The notes below the pieces were generated by a model. The model made no database searches. It worked only from the letters and a program-made list of their open reading frames with translations, and was not told the origin of the DNA. Below, piece by piece: positions 20,195-29,669 of a stretch of DNA of 53,040 nucleotides. The position numbers and the translations under genes were made by a program. The stretch's first letter is position 1; each line of letters starts with the position of its first letter. The stretch is from Escherichia phage PO103-1. The stretch lies in the sequence record NC_079175.1. The stretch is one strand, 5' to 3'.

Positions 20195-21202
20195 TCAGAT
20201 GCCGGAGTTGATGGAGATTGCTGCCGGATACATCGCTTGGAAGCCAGCGAAACGACCACGACCAGGAACTTCATAAACCAGGCCATGAAGCTGTACCGGT
20301 TGCCAGGTCAGCGGCAGAGGTTCACGCAGACGGAAAGTGCGGTTGCCCATTGCATTGCGGCAAACAACAACGAAGCAATCAGAACCAGCGTCGCCGTGAC
20401 CTTTGATTGCGTTCAGACCCTTGATTTTATCGCGGGAGTTGATGAACTGGTTGTTGTCAATGAAGAACTGACCAATCGTCTTGTCAGACTGCTCAGAACG
20501 TGCAGTATTGAAGATGTACTGCTCATGCTCGACAGGCATCCAGATTTCGTCCGGGCGCATGATTTTCAGAGTAGAAGCATACATTGCAGACACAGCAGTG
20601 GTTAGGTCGGCAATAACTTCGGTCGGGGTCTTCTCGGCCCACTTGGTAGAACCACCAGCACCAGCAGCAACAGTTGCTTTGGTAATGTCTGGGTTTTCGA
20701 AGAAGCCAACAAAGCCGTTAGCTTTATCACCGTACCATGCAGCAGAGTTAACATACTGCTCGTAACCACGAATAGCAGCATTCGCTTTACGAGTTTCCAG
20801 CGGGAGGCCAGTAACAGCAGCAGACGCTACTTCGTCGATATCGTAGTCGAATGCAGTACCAACTGATTTAACAGGGATGCTGTATTCTTTACCAGAAATG
20901 CTGGACTTCGGCAGGTCGGTTGCACGGGCATTAATTACCTGAGCTTTACCAACATGGTTGTAAGAACGGTAGGTCAGAGTGTTTACGCCAGCGCCACCAG
21001 TGGTGTCCACACCGAAAGCAGCACGCGCTTCCAGTTCTGGATACAGGGTGTCATAAGTTTGAGCTTCAATGAACTCAAGCTGGCGTTGAAAGAATACTGC
21101 ATCGTCGTCATTCAGGACAACAGTGCCAGAATCCTGAATACGGGTGATAGCGTCGTTCAGTTCAAATTCAGAACCGTCCGCCAGTTTAATCATCTTAGGC
21201 AT
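20195..21202 (-). CDS. Major capsid protein
   Basis: About 335 aa, after scaffold/decoration genes and flanked by hairpins; tracked ORF starts at TTG 21235, first ATG at 21202 (MPKMIKLADG). Confidence 0.55.
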   Translation of the reverse strand: MPKMIKLADGSEFELNDAITRIQDSGTVVLNDDDAVFFQRQLEFIEAQTYDTLYPELEARAAFGVDTTGGAGVNTLTYRSYNHVGKAQVINARATDLPKSSISGKEYSIPVKSVGTAFDYDIDEVASAAVTGLPLETRKANAAIRGYEQYVNSAAWYGDKANGFVGFFENPDITKATVAAGAGGSTKWAEKTPTEVIADLTTAVSAMYASTLKIMRPDEIWMPVEHEQYIFNTARSEQSDKTIGQFFIDNNQFINSRDKIKGLNAIKGHGDAGSDCFVVVCRNAMGNRTFRLREPLPLTWQPVQLHGLVYEVPGRGRFAGFQAMYPAAISINSGI

Positions 21203-21228
21203 GTAAATTAATCCGTTTTGTTTGATGA

Positions 21229-21249
21229 GGCGCAACCATTAATTGCGCC
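21229..21249 (-). other. Hairpin between the Ig-like extension stop and the capsid start
   Basis: 7-bp stem GGCGCAA/TTGCGCC with a 7-nt loop. Confidence 0.3.
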
Positions 21250-21257
21250 ATTGCAAC

Positions 21258-21563
21258 TTAAGCCTTCGGCGTAATGGTAATTTCTTTGGTCGCAGTTACG
21301 CTAGAGGTTGTTTTGTTTGTTGCCTTAATTGTAGCAGAAGTCTCTGTAGTCGTCTCATTCAAGACAGTCACAGTGCCGTTTGCCGCCACAGAAACACCAG
21401 TCACAGGAGGTGTAACAGCGAAGTTATAATCTGTTGCTGTAGAGTTCTCAAACTTGAACAGCTTGTCTACAGTTACAGTGGCATCAGTAGAAGACGCATC
21501 AGCCGTTACAACCCCAGCTACAGCAGATACTGTAGGAGCTGGAGGTGGCGTTACGGCTTTGGG
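21258..21563 (-). CDS. Putative -1 frameshift extension encoding an Ig-like domain
   Basis: About 100-codon stop-free frame with no ATG; slippery C_CCA_AAG two codons before the stop of 21551..22024; translation is Thr/Val/Ala-rich beta-strand-like. Confidence 0.45.
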   Translation of the reverse strand, partial: PKAVTPPPAPTVSAVAGVVTADASSTDATVTVDKLFKFENSTATDYNFAVTPPVTGVSVAANGTVTVLNETTTETSATIKATNKTTSSVTATKEITITPKA

Positions 21564-22024
21564 ACTACGTTAATCATGACCGGGACAACATCGCCAGCGG
21601 AAGCCGGATAACGCAGGGCAGTCAGGTTGGTTGCTTTAGTATACCCAGCACCAACACCGCCAAATTGACCAGTGGCAGATACGCCAATGTCTTTATCGGT
21701 GATTGCAGTTACCAGTTTGACCATGATTGGGCCAGACAGCATAACACCCAGAGGCCAGCCAACTTTGATTGCAACAGTGCCGTCACCAGGACGAGTGGCG
21801 GATTCGATGTTAATCTGGCGCATAGTAATGCCCAGAACAGTGCCATCAGAACCAATACCAGGTTTAACCTGATTAGAGGCTGTACCTTGAACAACAGCCA
21901 GACCAAAGTTTGCCATTTCTTCTTCGGCAACGTAGGTCAAGCGCTGGGAGTTGGTGGTAGCCAGGCCATATTGTTCACCTGCATATGCTTCACCAGTATT
22001 AATAGACCAATCTTGCTTTGGCAT
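21551..22024 (-). CDS. Head protein (putative decoration/capsid-associated)
   Basis: 157-aa ORF between scaffold-like and capsid genes; carries the slippery site at its 3' end. Confidence 0.5.
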   Translation of the reverse strand: MPKQDWSINTGEAYAGEQYGLATTNSQRLTYVAEEEMANFGLAVVQGTASNQVKPGIGSDGTVLGITMRQINIESATRPGDGTVAIKVGWPLGVMLSGPIMVKLVTAITDKDIGVSATGQFGGVGAGYTKATNLTALRYPASAGDVVPVMINVVPKP

Positions 22025-22033
22025 TGTCTTACC

Positions 22034-23098
22034 TTATAAAGAGTTGAAGCGTTCTAAACGACGTTTGTTAGCTTCTTCGGAAATAGAAACTTTAGGTTTA
22101 CGAGCTTCTGAATCTTTCTTAGCAGAGAATTGCATAGACTGATTCAGGGCATCTCCCAAAGTAATGGAATCGCAATCTTCAAGGGCTGCATCGAAACGGG
22201 CGGAGATATAGTCTTCGCTCTTATCGCTGAAATCCTTGTCATGCAATTTATTAACTACAGCCAACTTAATTTCTGCATCGGTCTTGCCGGAGAAATCAAG
22301 GTTGGAGAACTCGTCGCCAAGACGGGCCACATCAACAAGCAATGCTGTACGAGCAACTACACGTTTGTCTACCTCAGCCTGAATAGCTTCATCGGACAGT
22401 CGTGCAGTTTCTGCATCAGCAAGTTTCTGTTCAAGGACACTAATCTTGTCAAGCGCTGCATCACGCTCTGCTTCAACAACGTCAAAGGTTGCCTTATCAA
22501 CAATGGCAATCTCTTCACCAGAGTCACCAATGCGGGTAGTCTGAGCACGACCACGAACAACAATTGCAGCATGGTTAGGGATAATGCGAACTTTATCGAA
22601 GTCGGCTTCATCATCTTCTGATACAGCCAGTTCAGCATTATGGCCCAAGGAGATTTGGTCAACACCAGAATCAACTAATCGAATAGCTTGCTCGTCATTC
22701 AAAACGATTGATGCAGCCAAGAAAGAACCGTCTGCAACTGGACGCCCTTCGATGAACCCTTTCTGGAGTTCTTTGTTGTTCTTGATGTTAACATCATTTT
22801 TCGGATGGCCGATAGTAACCGGAATTGAGCGACAACCTTCAATGGTTGCTTCGTCAAATAATACTTCCGGCTTGGTACGAACACGGCAAATAGATTCTGG
22901 GTCCAGATGTTTTGCGATTTCACCAAGTTCTTTTGCTTTATACAGCATGATGCCAGTACGAGCGATGGTGCATTCTGCAATCATTTCGCCAGAGTCACGT
23001 AAACGACGGGTCGTCAAAGTAGCCTTGTCGTTCAACAAAACTACTTCATTCACGGTATCTTCGTCGTTAAGCTGAACCAGGTTTTGGTTTTGCTTCAC
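22034..23098 (-). CDS. Head scaffold / prohead protease-like protein
   Basis: C-terminal half charged and coiled-coil-like; tracked start 23272 overlaps the portal by about 200 nt, so a GTG at 23098 (AAGGG upstream) or ATG 22984 is more likely. Confidence 0.45.
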   Translation of the reverse strand: MKQNQNLVQLNDEDTVNEVVLLNDKATLTTRRLRDSGEMIAECTIARTGIMLYKAKELGEIAKHLDPESICRVRTKPEVLFDEATIEGCRSIPVTIGHPKNDVNIKNNKELQKGFIEGRPVADGSFLAASIVLNDEQAIRLVDSGVDQISLGHNAELAVSEDDEADFDKVRIIPNHAAIVVRGRAQTTRIGDSGEEIAIVDKATFDVVEAERDAALDKISVLEQKLADAETARLSDEAIQAEVDKRVVARTALLVDVARLGDEFSNLDFSGKTDAEIKLAVVNKLHDKDFSDKSEDYISARFDAALEDCDSITLGDALNQSMQFSAKKDSEARKPKVSISEEANKRRLERFNSL

Positions 23099-24383
23099 TT
23101 GCGTTACCCTTTTGGATGTTAGGAGGATTAGGATTTGGTTTGCCAAGGTCGCAAGTCCCGAACACGCCCGAATGGAACATGACTTCGTTTGCAACTTCGG
23201 TAGTAATAGTACCGTTGTTAACCAGCAGGTCAACAGCAAATGCCAAATCTTTAGCTCGCTTCGCTTTCTCAACGTTGGATTCAGGGAAGATGTCTAGCCA
23301 TTCGTAGCTATACTCTTCAATGCCAAAGTGCGCTTGGACAATCTTGTCTACCACATCTAAACGAGGGTCGAACACAGAAGTCTGCAAGCCTGTCAACAAG
23401 TCGATATAGTTTACGAGGTCAGATTCGCCCGTAGCATTCATACCGTCTGGAGATGCAGAAAGGAAACGTGTAGCCGGAATACCAACTGCGGCAGCAACTA
23501 TCTTCAAGTATTCCCAAATCAAATCTTTCACACCAGACAGTGCAATTGACTTGGTGTCATACTTCTCAGTATTGTCGAGAATTAAGACATTATAAATACT
23601 CTTTGCCAGCTTCATAAGTTTGAAGCGCTTCATCACAGCAGCTTCACCTTCCGGTGATGTAAGCAGAGATTGTAAGCCTTCGACAGTTACCACATCAATG
23701 GTGGCTTCTTGGGCGAGGCTGGCGGCAGCAGCAGCAGTTGTGTAGAATTGGTCAATCGTTTTCAGCAGTGGAATAAGTACCGAATCGGAATACCACATGT
23801 TGCGTTGGAATTCGAACAGCGGTAGTTCAGTACCCTCGAACCGAAGGAAACGAGTGTAGTGGATATAGCCGGGATACCCAGCCAAAGTATAATACTCTGG
23901 CAAACCATAGTGAGGACTCAAAGGGTCCAGAACCATAGTCCCTGCGGCAAATAAGCGTGAGCGGTCAATAACTCTCATGGATTTAATACATCCAGTCTTC
24001 AAGTTATCCAGTCGCAATGGTGTATCAAGTTTGCCCGTACCTTTCAGGTCGAGCAGAACAAATGAAGTACCATACAATCTGGCCCATTGATATGCCTCAC
24101 GGAACAGCTTACGAATACGAAGTTTCTTATCCGCTTTGCGTCCTTCTTCACTATCAATATGTCGCCACTTACGCGTCATGTCTTGAGGAATGACGGTACA
24201 CACTTTCTGTGCAACCCAATCCTCACGGAAGCGGTTCATAAGTTCGCGATAGTTCGCGTTCTTGTTTGAGAAAGTCCACTGGTTAAAAGTGGACTTATCT
24301 GCCTGACCGCCCAACCCCGTTACAAGGTTTTCTAACCCATCTGCAACTTTAACAGAAAGATTGTTTTTCTTCTTGGAAGTCAT
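23067..24383 (-). CDS. Portal protein
   Basis: 438-aa ORF immediately downstream of the large terminase. Confidence 0.55.
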   Translation of the reverse strand: MTSKKKNNLSVKVADGLENLVTGLGGQADKSTFNQWTFSNKNANYRELMNRFREDWVAQKVCTVIPQDMTRKWRHIDSEEGRKADKKLRIRKLFREAYQWARLYGTSFVLLDLKGTGKLDTPLRLDNLKTGCIKSMRVIDRSRLFAAGTMVLDPLSPHYGLPEYYTLAGYPGYIHYTRFLRFEGTELPLFEFQRNMWYSDSVLIPLLKTIDQFYTTAAAAASLAQEATIDVVTVEGLQSLLTSPEGEAAVMKRFKLMKLAKSIYNVLILDNTEKYDTKSIALSGVKDLIWEYLKIVAAAVGIPATRFLSASPDGMNATGESDLVNYIDLLTGLQTSVFDPRLDVVDKIVQAHFGIEEYSYEWLDIFPESNVEKAKRAKDLAFAVDLLVNNGTITTEVANEVMFHSGVFGTCDLGKPNPNPPNIQKGNASEAKPKPGSA

Positions 24384-24607
24384 TATTTCTTCCTTAGAAT
24401 AGTTCCATTACCCTTAACAATTTGAATGTTGTCGGAGGTGTGGAGTCGCAGATTTGACTCGTGCTTTAACTTAACACAGTCGCTCTCTGTGGTAGAAACT
24501 GCCTCAATCACACATAAAATGTTTCCTTCCAAATCCTGAATCTGGAAGGAGTTGTTCTTGCGTGAGCGGGCATCTAAACGAGTGATAACCGCCATATTTA
24601 CATCCAT
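24383..24607 (-). CDS. Hypothetical small protein
   Basis: 74-aa ORF between terminase and portal. Confidence 0.35.
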   Translation of the reverse strand: MDVNMAVITRLDARSRKNNSFQIQDLEGNILCVIEAVSTTESDCVKLKHESNLRLHTSDNIQIVKGNGTILRKK

Positions 24608-26643
24608 GCGGAGTAGTTGGCACTTGGGCCTGAGAATTCGATTGCAACCATATCTGAAACGTTATCGACACAATCGTCGTGTCCAGTACCACTACCCAAA
24701 GAAGTGAATCCAAGTATTTCACGTCTAACGTGGTCGATGTGTTCATGACCAGCAGGGAAGAATATTCTCTTTTGCGAGAAATATGGGATTGCGTTAAGGA
24801 ATCGAGTTACCTTGTCGTTACCATTAATGCCATCACGAGGCAATGGTAAAACTCGGACACTCCCATCTCTGATAAATTGTTGGTTCAAGAATTGTCCGGC
24901 AGACTTGTCTTCCATGTACAGTGCACGAGGAATACAACCTACACATTTCAAGTCCAACTTGTTGCATTTGTTCCAGAAGTCGATGATAGCAGTCTTGAGT
25001 TCTGGAGTTTCAAACTTACCGAGCATAATATCTAAGCAATAAACATCACGCTCTTTAGTCACGCCCCAATGCTTAAGGACCGAATAATCAGAATAAGATT
25101 TGGCAGTTGATGCCGTATCCGCTGTAATAAAACTTCTGACTATGCGACTTCTGTCGAAAACGTCTGGTTCATACTCTTGCCACCAATCTTCTTTGATAAG
25201 GCCGTGGCCTTGTGCAGATGGGTCGCCAGCATACTGTGAATTGTATGTGTATGGGTTAGACTCTTTCATTGCCTCCAGAGATTCTAAGCTCTTACGTGAA
25301 GGCCATAATGCAGACTTCTCTTCCTTCCTGTTCAAATTATACAGAATGGGAATAGCATGAGTGTAGTTCTGCTTCTTGATTAACTTATCATACCATTCAG
25401 CACTCCCAACACCTTTCTCAATAATCGCTGGGATATTGAGATAATGGTATTTGTCAGAAGAGCCACCACGGAGTATGTAACCAACTAAATCCTGGTCGTG
25501 AACTCGCTGCATGATGATAACCATTGGTGTACGGGCACACTTAATTTGGTTTCCGTACGAATCAGTTATGCAACCATCGTTGGCAAGACGGGACATAAAG
25601 GTGTTATCAAATCGGTCGTTGATTTCTGCTCGAACTGTGTCAGAGTAGGCATCTTTCGGTTTGATAACGTCATCCACCACGAAACAACCGGAGTATTTTG
25701 CAACAAGAAGTCCAGCACCTTTACCAGTTAGCTTACCACCAGTAGGTACTGCGTGCATAACTCCAGCTTTGGTTGTACCCCAGCGTTCAAGAGAACGTTT
25801 GTTAGGGTCGATTCTCACCTTCGGGAATATGCGTTGGAACAGTGGGTCCATCATTACAGCACGGATGTAACCACTCGACTCAAGAACAACGTCTTCTGCA
25901 TACGAGGTGATAATATTATGGCTTGATTCATTGTGGCAAAATGAATACAAGGGCAATGCAATACTCATAAGCTGAGTCTTAGAGTGTCGTGGAGGAATGG
26001 TCACTATTAAGCGGTCAATCTCACCATCAACAACCTTTTGACCAACACTGAATATCACATCGTGAAAGTCTTGTGCTTGAAATGGAAATCCCATCTGAAT
26101 ATGGAACTGCCATTTACCAAAGGCTTCGAAACTTTTCATCAAGATTTTGCGAACACGTTCTGCAACCTTGGCAGGGATTACAGTTGGGTCCACGTTATGT
26201 GGGTCATGCAGAATCTTGTCTACAAGTTCGTCGGTGTTATCGTATTCCGAGTTTGGCTCTTCCAAAGTAGAACCCACAACACGGTCAGTAACACCTGCTT
26301 GAATACCTTTCTTCAACTCGTCTGCATAGGCAGTTGAGTCTTTCTTGTCGCCAGAGCGAAGACGCTCAAGTTGTGCTCTGAAAACGGAACGCAATACAGC
26401 ATCGTTTTCAAGACCCTGGCCTTCTAACTCTGCTTGAATTTGTTCTTCATAGCTGTCAACTATTGCAGTATTTTCTGAAATATATCGACGGAGCAATGGC
26501 AAAGATAGAATACAGAATCTTTCTCTTGAGACTTTTAATACGTCACCGTAGTGCTTGGCAAGATACGAGGCTACTGTATCATTAAACTCCGGTCCGAGGT
26601 CATCAGTCTTTGACATTGATTCGTTCTCTTTGTTTTTAATCAC
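24598..26643 (-). CDS. Terminase large subunit
   Basis: 681 aa; ATPase-like segments (PPRHSKTQ, CFVVDDV) and C-terminal nuclease-like motifs (SFITADTA, GTGHDDCVDNVSD). Confidence 0.8.
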   Translation of the reverse strand: MIKNKENESMSKTDDLGPEFNDTVASYLAKHYGDVLKVSRERFCILSLPLLRRYISENTAIVDSYEEQIQAELEGQGLENDAVLRSVFRAQLERLRSGDKKDSTAYADELKKGIQAGVTDRVVGSTLEEPNSEYDNTDELVDKILHDPHNVDPTVIPAKVAERVRKILMKSFEAFGKWQFHIQMGFPFQAQDFHDVIFSVGQKVVDGEIDRLIVTIPPRHSKTQLMSIALPLYSFCHNESSHNIITSYAEDVVLESSGYIRAVMMDPLFQRIFPKVRIDPNKRSLERWGTTKAGVMHAVPTGGKLTGKGAGLLVAKYSGCFVVDDVIKPKDAYSDTVRAEINDRFDNTFMSRLANDGCITDSYGNQIKCARTPMVIIMQRVHDQDLVGYILRGGSSDKYHYLNIPAIIEKGVGSAEWYDKLIKKQNYTHAIPILYNLNRKEEKSALWPSRKSLESLEAMKESNPYTYNSQYAGDPSAQGHGLIKEDWWQEYEPDVFDRSRIVRSFITADTASTAKSYSDYSVLKHWGVTKERDVYCLDIMLGKFETPELKTAIIDFWNKCNKLDLKCVGCIPRALYMEDKSAGQFLNQQFIRDGSVRVLPLPRDGINGNDKVTRFLNAIPYFSQKRIFFPAGHEHIDHVRREILGFTSLGSGTGHDDCVDNVSDMVAIEFSGPSANYSAWM

Positions 26644-26821
26644 AATCCACTAATGGCTGAGTTTGCACGGGATTGATGCGAATGATGCTGCCTAAACCAG
26701 AATCGGCCTTTAAATACAGGCGGTTTAGTGGCATGTATGAATCACAGATAGGACATTGCTGCGTTATGAAATCATCTTCTGCAATTTCATAATGGCAGTT
26801 AGGACATTGTATTGTGCGCAT
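26636..26821 (-). CDS. Zinc-ribbon protein
   Basis: 61 aa with CPNC...CPIC; ATG with GGAG about 8 nt upstream. Confidence 0.45.
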   Translation of the reverse strand: MRTIQCPNCHYEIAEDDFITQQCPICDSYMPLNRLYLKADSGLGSIIRINPVQTQPLVDCD

Positions 26822-26841
26822 AAGCGACTCCGAATAAGATA

Positions 26842-26860
26842 GGAGGCCAGATAGCCTCCC
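26842..26860 (-). terminator. Hairpin terminator candidate
   Basis: GGAGGC-tatctg-GCCTCC stem-loop followed by UAUCUUAUU, between 26877..27206 and the zinc-ribbon gene. Confidence 0.4.
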
Positions 26861-26876
26861 TAGTTACGCGTGTCGC

Positions 26877-27206
26877 TTAATATTTAATATCGCTCCAGGC
26901 CATATCTTTATAGAAATCTTCCAGATATGCTTGGGTAGAACCAACAACCACCACAATCTTAAATGGCAGTATCAGCGGCTTAACAGCCGACATTAAATCT
27001 TCGCGCCCACGCTTGATACGTTCGACGTTCTTGATTGTGTTTTCACCACGAGGAAGCATGAAAACGATAACATCCGCACCTGTTTCGTTGCGAACTGCAA
27101 GTGCACGGGTGAGATAAGTCCCGCCACCAGTGGAGGTGACATTAGACTTGAGATATGCAAATTTAACTTTGCGGTTATTTACTACAACAGGTGAGGACAG
27201 TTTCAT
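26877..27206 (-). CDS. Hypothetical protein
   Basis: 109-aa ORF. Confidence 0.4.
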   Translation of the reverse strand: MKLSSPVVVNNRKVKFAYLKSNVTSTGGGTYLTRALAVRNETGADVIVFMLPRGENTIKNVERIKRGREDLMSAVKPLILPFKIVVVVGSTQAYLEDFYKDMAWSDIKY

Positions 27207-27245
27207 TTCAGATAGGTTCCAATTGGTTACTGAGAATGTCGAATG

Positions 27246-27767
27246 CTACTTGGTAATGCTGTGATTGTGGACTGTCAAGCCTTTTGGAATATGTGGTCTT
27301 TCGTGTTGACCAAGTTCCACACGACCAGTTGAGCCAAATCCACCTTCGCCACGACCAGTTGCATTCAAGAGGTCAACTTCAACGAAATGGTGTTGAGTAG
27401 CTTTACTAACTTGCACTTGACAAATACGTTCACCTGGCTGAACCACAAAGGCTGTGTCCGAGTCATTGTGCAACTTAACCATAAGATTGCCACGATAATC
27501 GGAGTCCAGAATTCCTGTGCAGTTTGCCAGGCGAATGCCAGACTTAAAGCCATGACCAGAACGGCTATATACTTTGAGTTCGTATCCAACTGGAACCTCG
27601 AACTGGAGGCCAGTATCGAAAACAGCAGAGCAGCCGGGATTGATAACAACAGTGCTATCGGAGATAGTGCAAACGTCAGCAGCAGCAGCGCCAACAGTAG
27701 CGTACACAGGTAATTTCGCATTAGGATGCACTCGCTTTACAGCAACAACTTGAGTCATACAAGACAT
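27246..27767 (-). CDS. dut: dUTPase
   Basis: Trimeric dUTPase motifs GILDSDYRGNL, GERICQ, RGEGGFGSTG. Confidence 0.8.
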   Translation of the reverse strand: MSCMTQVVAVKRVHPNAKLPVYATVGAAAADVCTISDSTVVINPGCSAVFDTGLQFEVPVGYELKVYSRSGHGFKSGIRLANCTGILDSDYRGNLMVKLHNDSDTAFVVQPGERICQVQVSKATQHHFVEVDLLNATGRGEGGFGSTGRVELGQHERPHIPKGLTVHNHSITK

Positions 27768-27769
27768 GA

Positions 27770-28396
27770 TTATTTCTCTACTTGATAAGTTACGCGTTCA
27801 ATCCAGTTGAACACTTTGAATACAGAATCACCCACTTTACCATCAACTAAATGTTCGTCCACTGTTACGCGGGTAGGTGTGTCTGGGAGGTTGATGTATC
27901 TGCGAGAATCGCCCGTGAAATCAAAACCATCACGATGCAAACGCACAATGAGGACAAAATCATAAGCAGACTCAATGGCAACGACTTCATCACCAAAACC
28001 GCCATCGGGATAAATGACATTAATAATGCCACCCATACGCCCCGCGAGTTCTTTAACACGAGCAGCTTCAACCTTACCGAAGTAGTCTTGTCCGTGGCGA
28101 GGTTTATACACATCTTCGCTAACGTGAATAAGAGCCTGACGAGGTGTTCTGCCACCAAGACCTGCAAGGGAGATAGAGTCTTTGAGGTCACGGTCCGAAG
28201 CGTAGTGAATAAACTTGTCCACATCAACTTGAAAGTGTTTGGCAGTATGCTCATACAGTGCATCCTTAAACTGGTGTTTAATGAACTTGCGCTTACCGAG
28301 AAAGTATGGTTCCTCGGCAGCAACAATCTTATTTGCGATGGTGTCTTTACCGCAGCCAGGAGGTCCATTGAGAATAACAGCTAATCGCTTAATCAA
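27770..28396 (-). CDS. Deoxynucleoside monophosphate kinase (P-loop)
   Basis: Walker A NGPPGCGKDT; likely TTG start at 28396 preceded by GAGG, avoiding overlap with the ligase. Confidence 0.55.
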   Translation of the reverse strand: MIKRLAVILNGPPGCGKDTIANKIVAAEEPYFLGKRKFIKHQFKDALYEHTAKHFQVDVDKFIHYASDRDLKDSISLAGLGGRTPRQALIHVSEDVYKPRHGQDYFGKVEAARVKELAGRMGGIINVIYPDGGFGDEVVAIESAYDFVLIVRLHRDGFDFTGDSRRYINLPDTPTRVTVDEHLVDGKVGDSVFKVFNWIERVTYQVEK

Positions 28397-29144
28397 AACT
28401 TTCCTCACTTTTGTCTGCACGTAAACGAACGAGTGACGGGAACCGGAACTTACCAGCTTCTGTCTTCTCACGATATCGAACTTGCATAATCGAACCAATT
28501 AGCTCGTGGCGATGTTCCCACAACCACTTACGAATCAATGTGTTAGATTCTGGAATACCGTGGTCTGCCAGACAATCCTTCACCATTGAACCAGCACTGC
28601 CATAGTTCGAGGAGATAGAACCACACATACCTTTAAGAGCACCAGTACCTTCTTTCATACCAGTAATCTTCACATCGGCGTATTTATATGGTACAATCTT
28701 CCACCACTTACCTTTTGCATCACGGACAATGATACCTTCATGACCAAGCGCCAGATATTTATCCATCAATGCCTTAAGGTTTTCATTGCTTGGGTCTTTG
28801 CACCAGCCGATGTACAGGCGTGGGTCAACAGCACCATCGCTCAACTCATACACATTGTCCTGGGTTAGAGGGATGCTTGGCGGGTCAATACGTCCGAGGA
28901 TGCTAGAAGTCTCATTCCAACTATTACGGAATATCTCAGCATCTCTGAACTGTAAGTGGTCCAAATGAGGTAGGGGTTTGGAATTACGACTCCAGACACT
29001 ACCTGATTTATTACGGATAGCTCGAATTCCGTCAATCTTGATGAAGAGTTCACAGCGCCCTTTGATACGGCAGTCTGGGTCTTCCCAATCATGTGCGTGA
29101 GCCTTTGTATATCTTGTACCATCATCGAGGAGCTTAATAGACAT
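28389..29144 (-). CDS. ATP-dependent DNA ligase (minimal)
   Basis: Nucleotidyltransferase motif I KIDGIRA; downstream DGAV, EGIIVRD, KWWKIVPYK resemble motifs III-V. Confidence 0.65.
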   Translation of the reverse strand: MSIKLLDDGTRYTKAHAHDWEDPDCRIKGRCELFIKIDGIRAIRNKSGSVWSRNSKPLPHLDHLQFRDAEIFRNSWNETSSILGRIDPPSIPLTQDNVYELSDGAVDPRLYIGWCKDPSNENLKALMDKYLALGHEGIIVRDAKGKWWKIVPYKYADVKITGMKEGTGALKGMCGSISSNYGSAGSMVKDCLADHGIPESNTLIRKWLWEHRHELIGSIMQVRYREKTEAGKFRFPSLVRLRADKSEESFD

Positions 29145-29658
29145 TAAGATTCTTTCTCAGGTATTCTCGAACAGCATTCTTGCGTCCGATTTTGGTTTTA
29201 GGAACTGGCTCTATTTTAGCAAGATTGCACTTGGCAATTTGCTCTTCGTCAGATAATTTGGCAAATGCAATACATTTCTTCTCAATGACTGCATCACGAC
29301 GTGATACACCATATCGTTCCATGTATGTAATAATGCCGTGACAATCTTTACACAGCAATTCCAAATCTTCTGGCTGAACCAGTAGAAGGTTGTCCACAAA
29401 GCGGTGTAGGTCTTCCAACTTAAGAAGGCCACCAACTTGAACTTTGTGGTTTACTTCAATATCTTTGAGCTTATACAACTTCTTGCAATGGTAGCATTGA
29501 ATGTGGAAGATTGGTTTCTTTGAGTCACCAACCTTCAATGCAATGCGTCGAGATTGTATCAGCGCAAGTTTGCTTGGGTGTTTAGACCAAACACTTCGAA
29601 TAGCAGATTGGAGCCAAGATACAAACTTGGCTTCCGTTCCACAATAACCGTAAGCCAT
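29134..29658 (-). CDS. HNH endonuclease
   Basis: CYHCKK...EVNHK...CKDCHG arrangement typical of HNH nucleases. Confidence 0.7.
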   Translation of the reverse strand: MAYGYCGTEAKFVSWLQSAIRSVWSKHPSKLALIQSRRIALKVGDSKKPIFHIQCYHCKKLYKLKDIEVNHKVQVGGLLKLEDLHRFVDNLLLVQPEDLELLCKDCHGIITYMERYGVSRRDAVIEKKCIAFAKLSDEEQIAKCNLAKIEPVPKTKIGRKNAVREYLRKNLNVY

Positions 29659-29669
29659 TCCAACTCCAA

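Noticed and set aside
26877-27206. Small terminase subunit assignment for the 109-aa ORF (or for the 61-aa zinc-ribbon ORF)
   Set aside because: Position upstream of the large terminase is suggestive but no recognisable motif; left as hypothetical.
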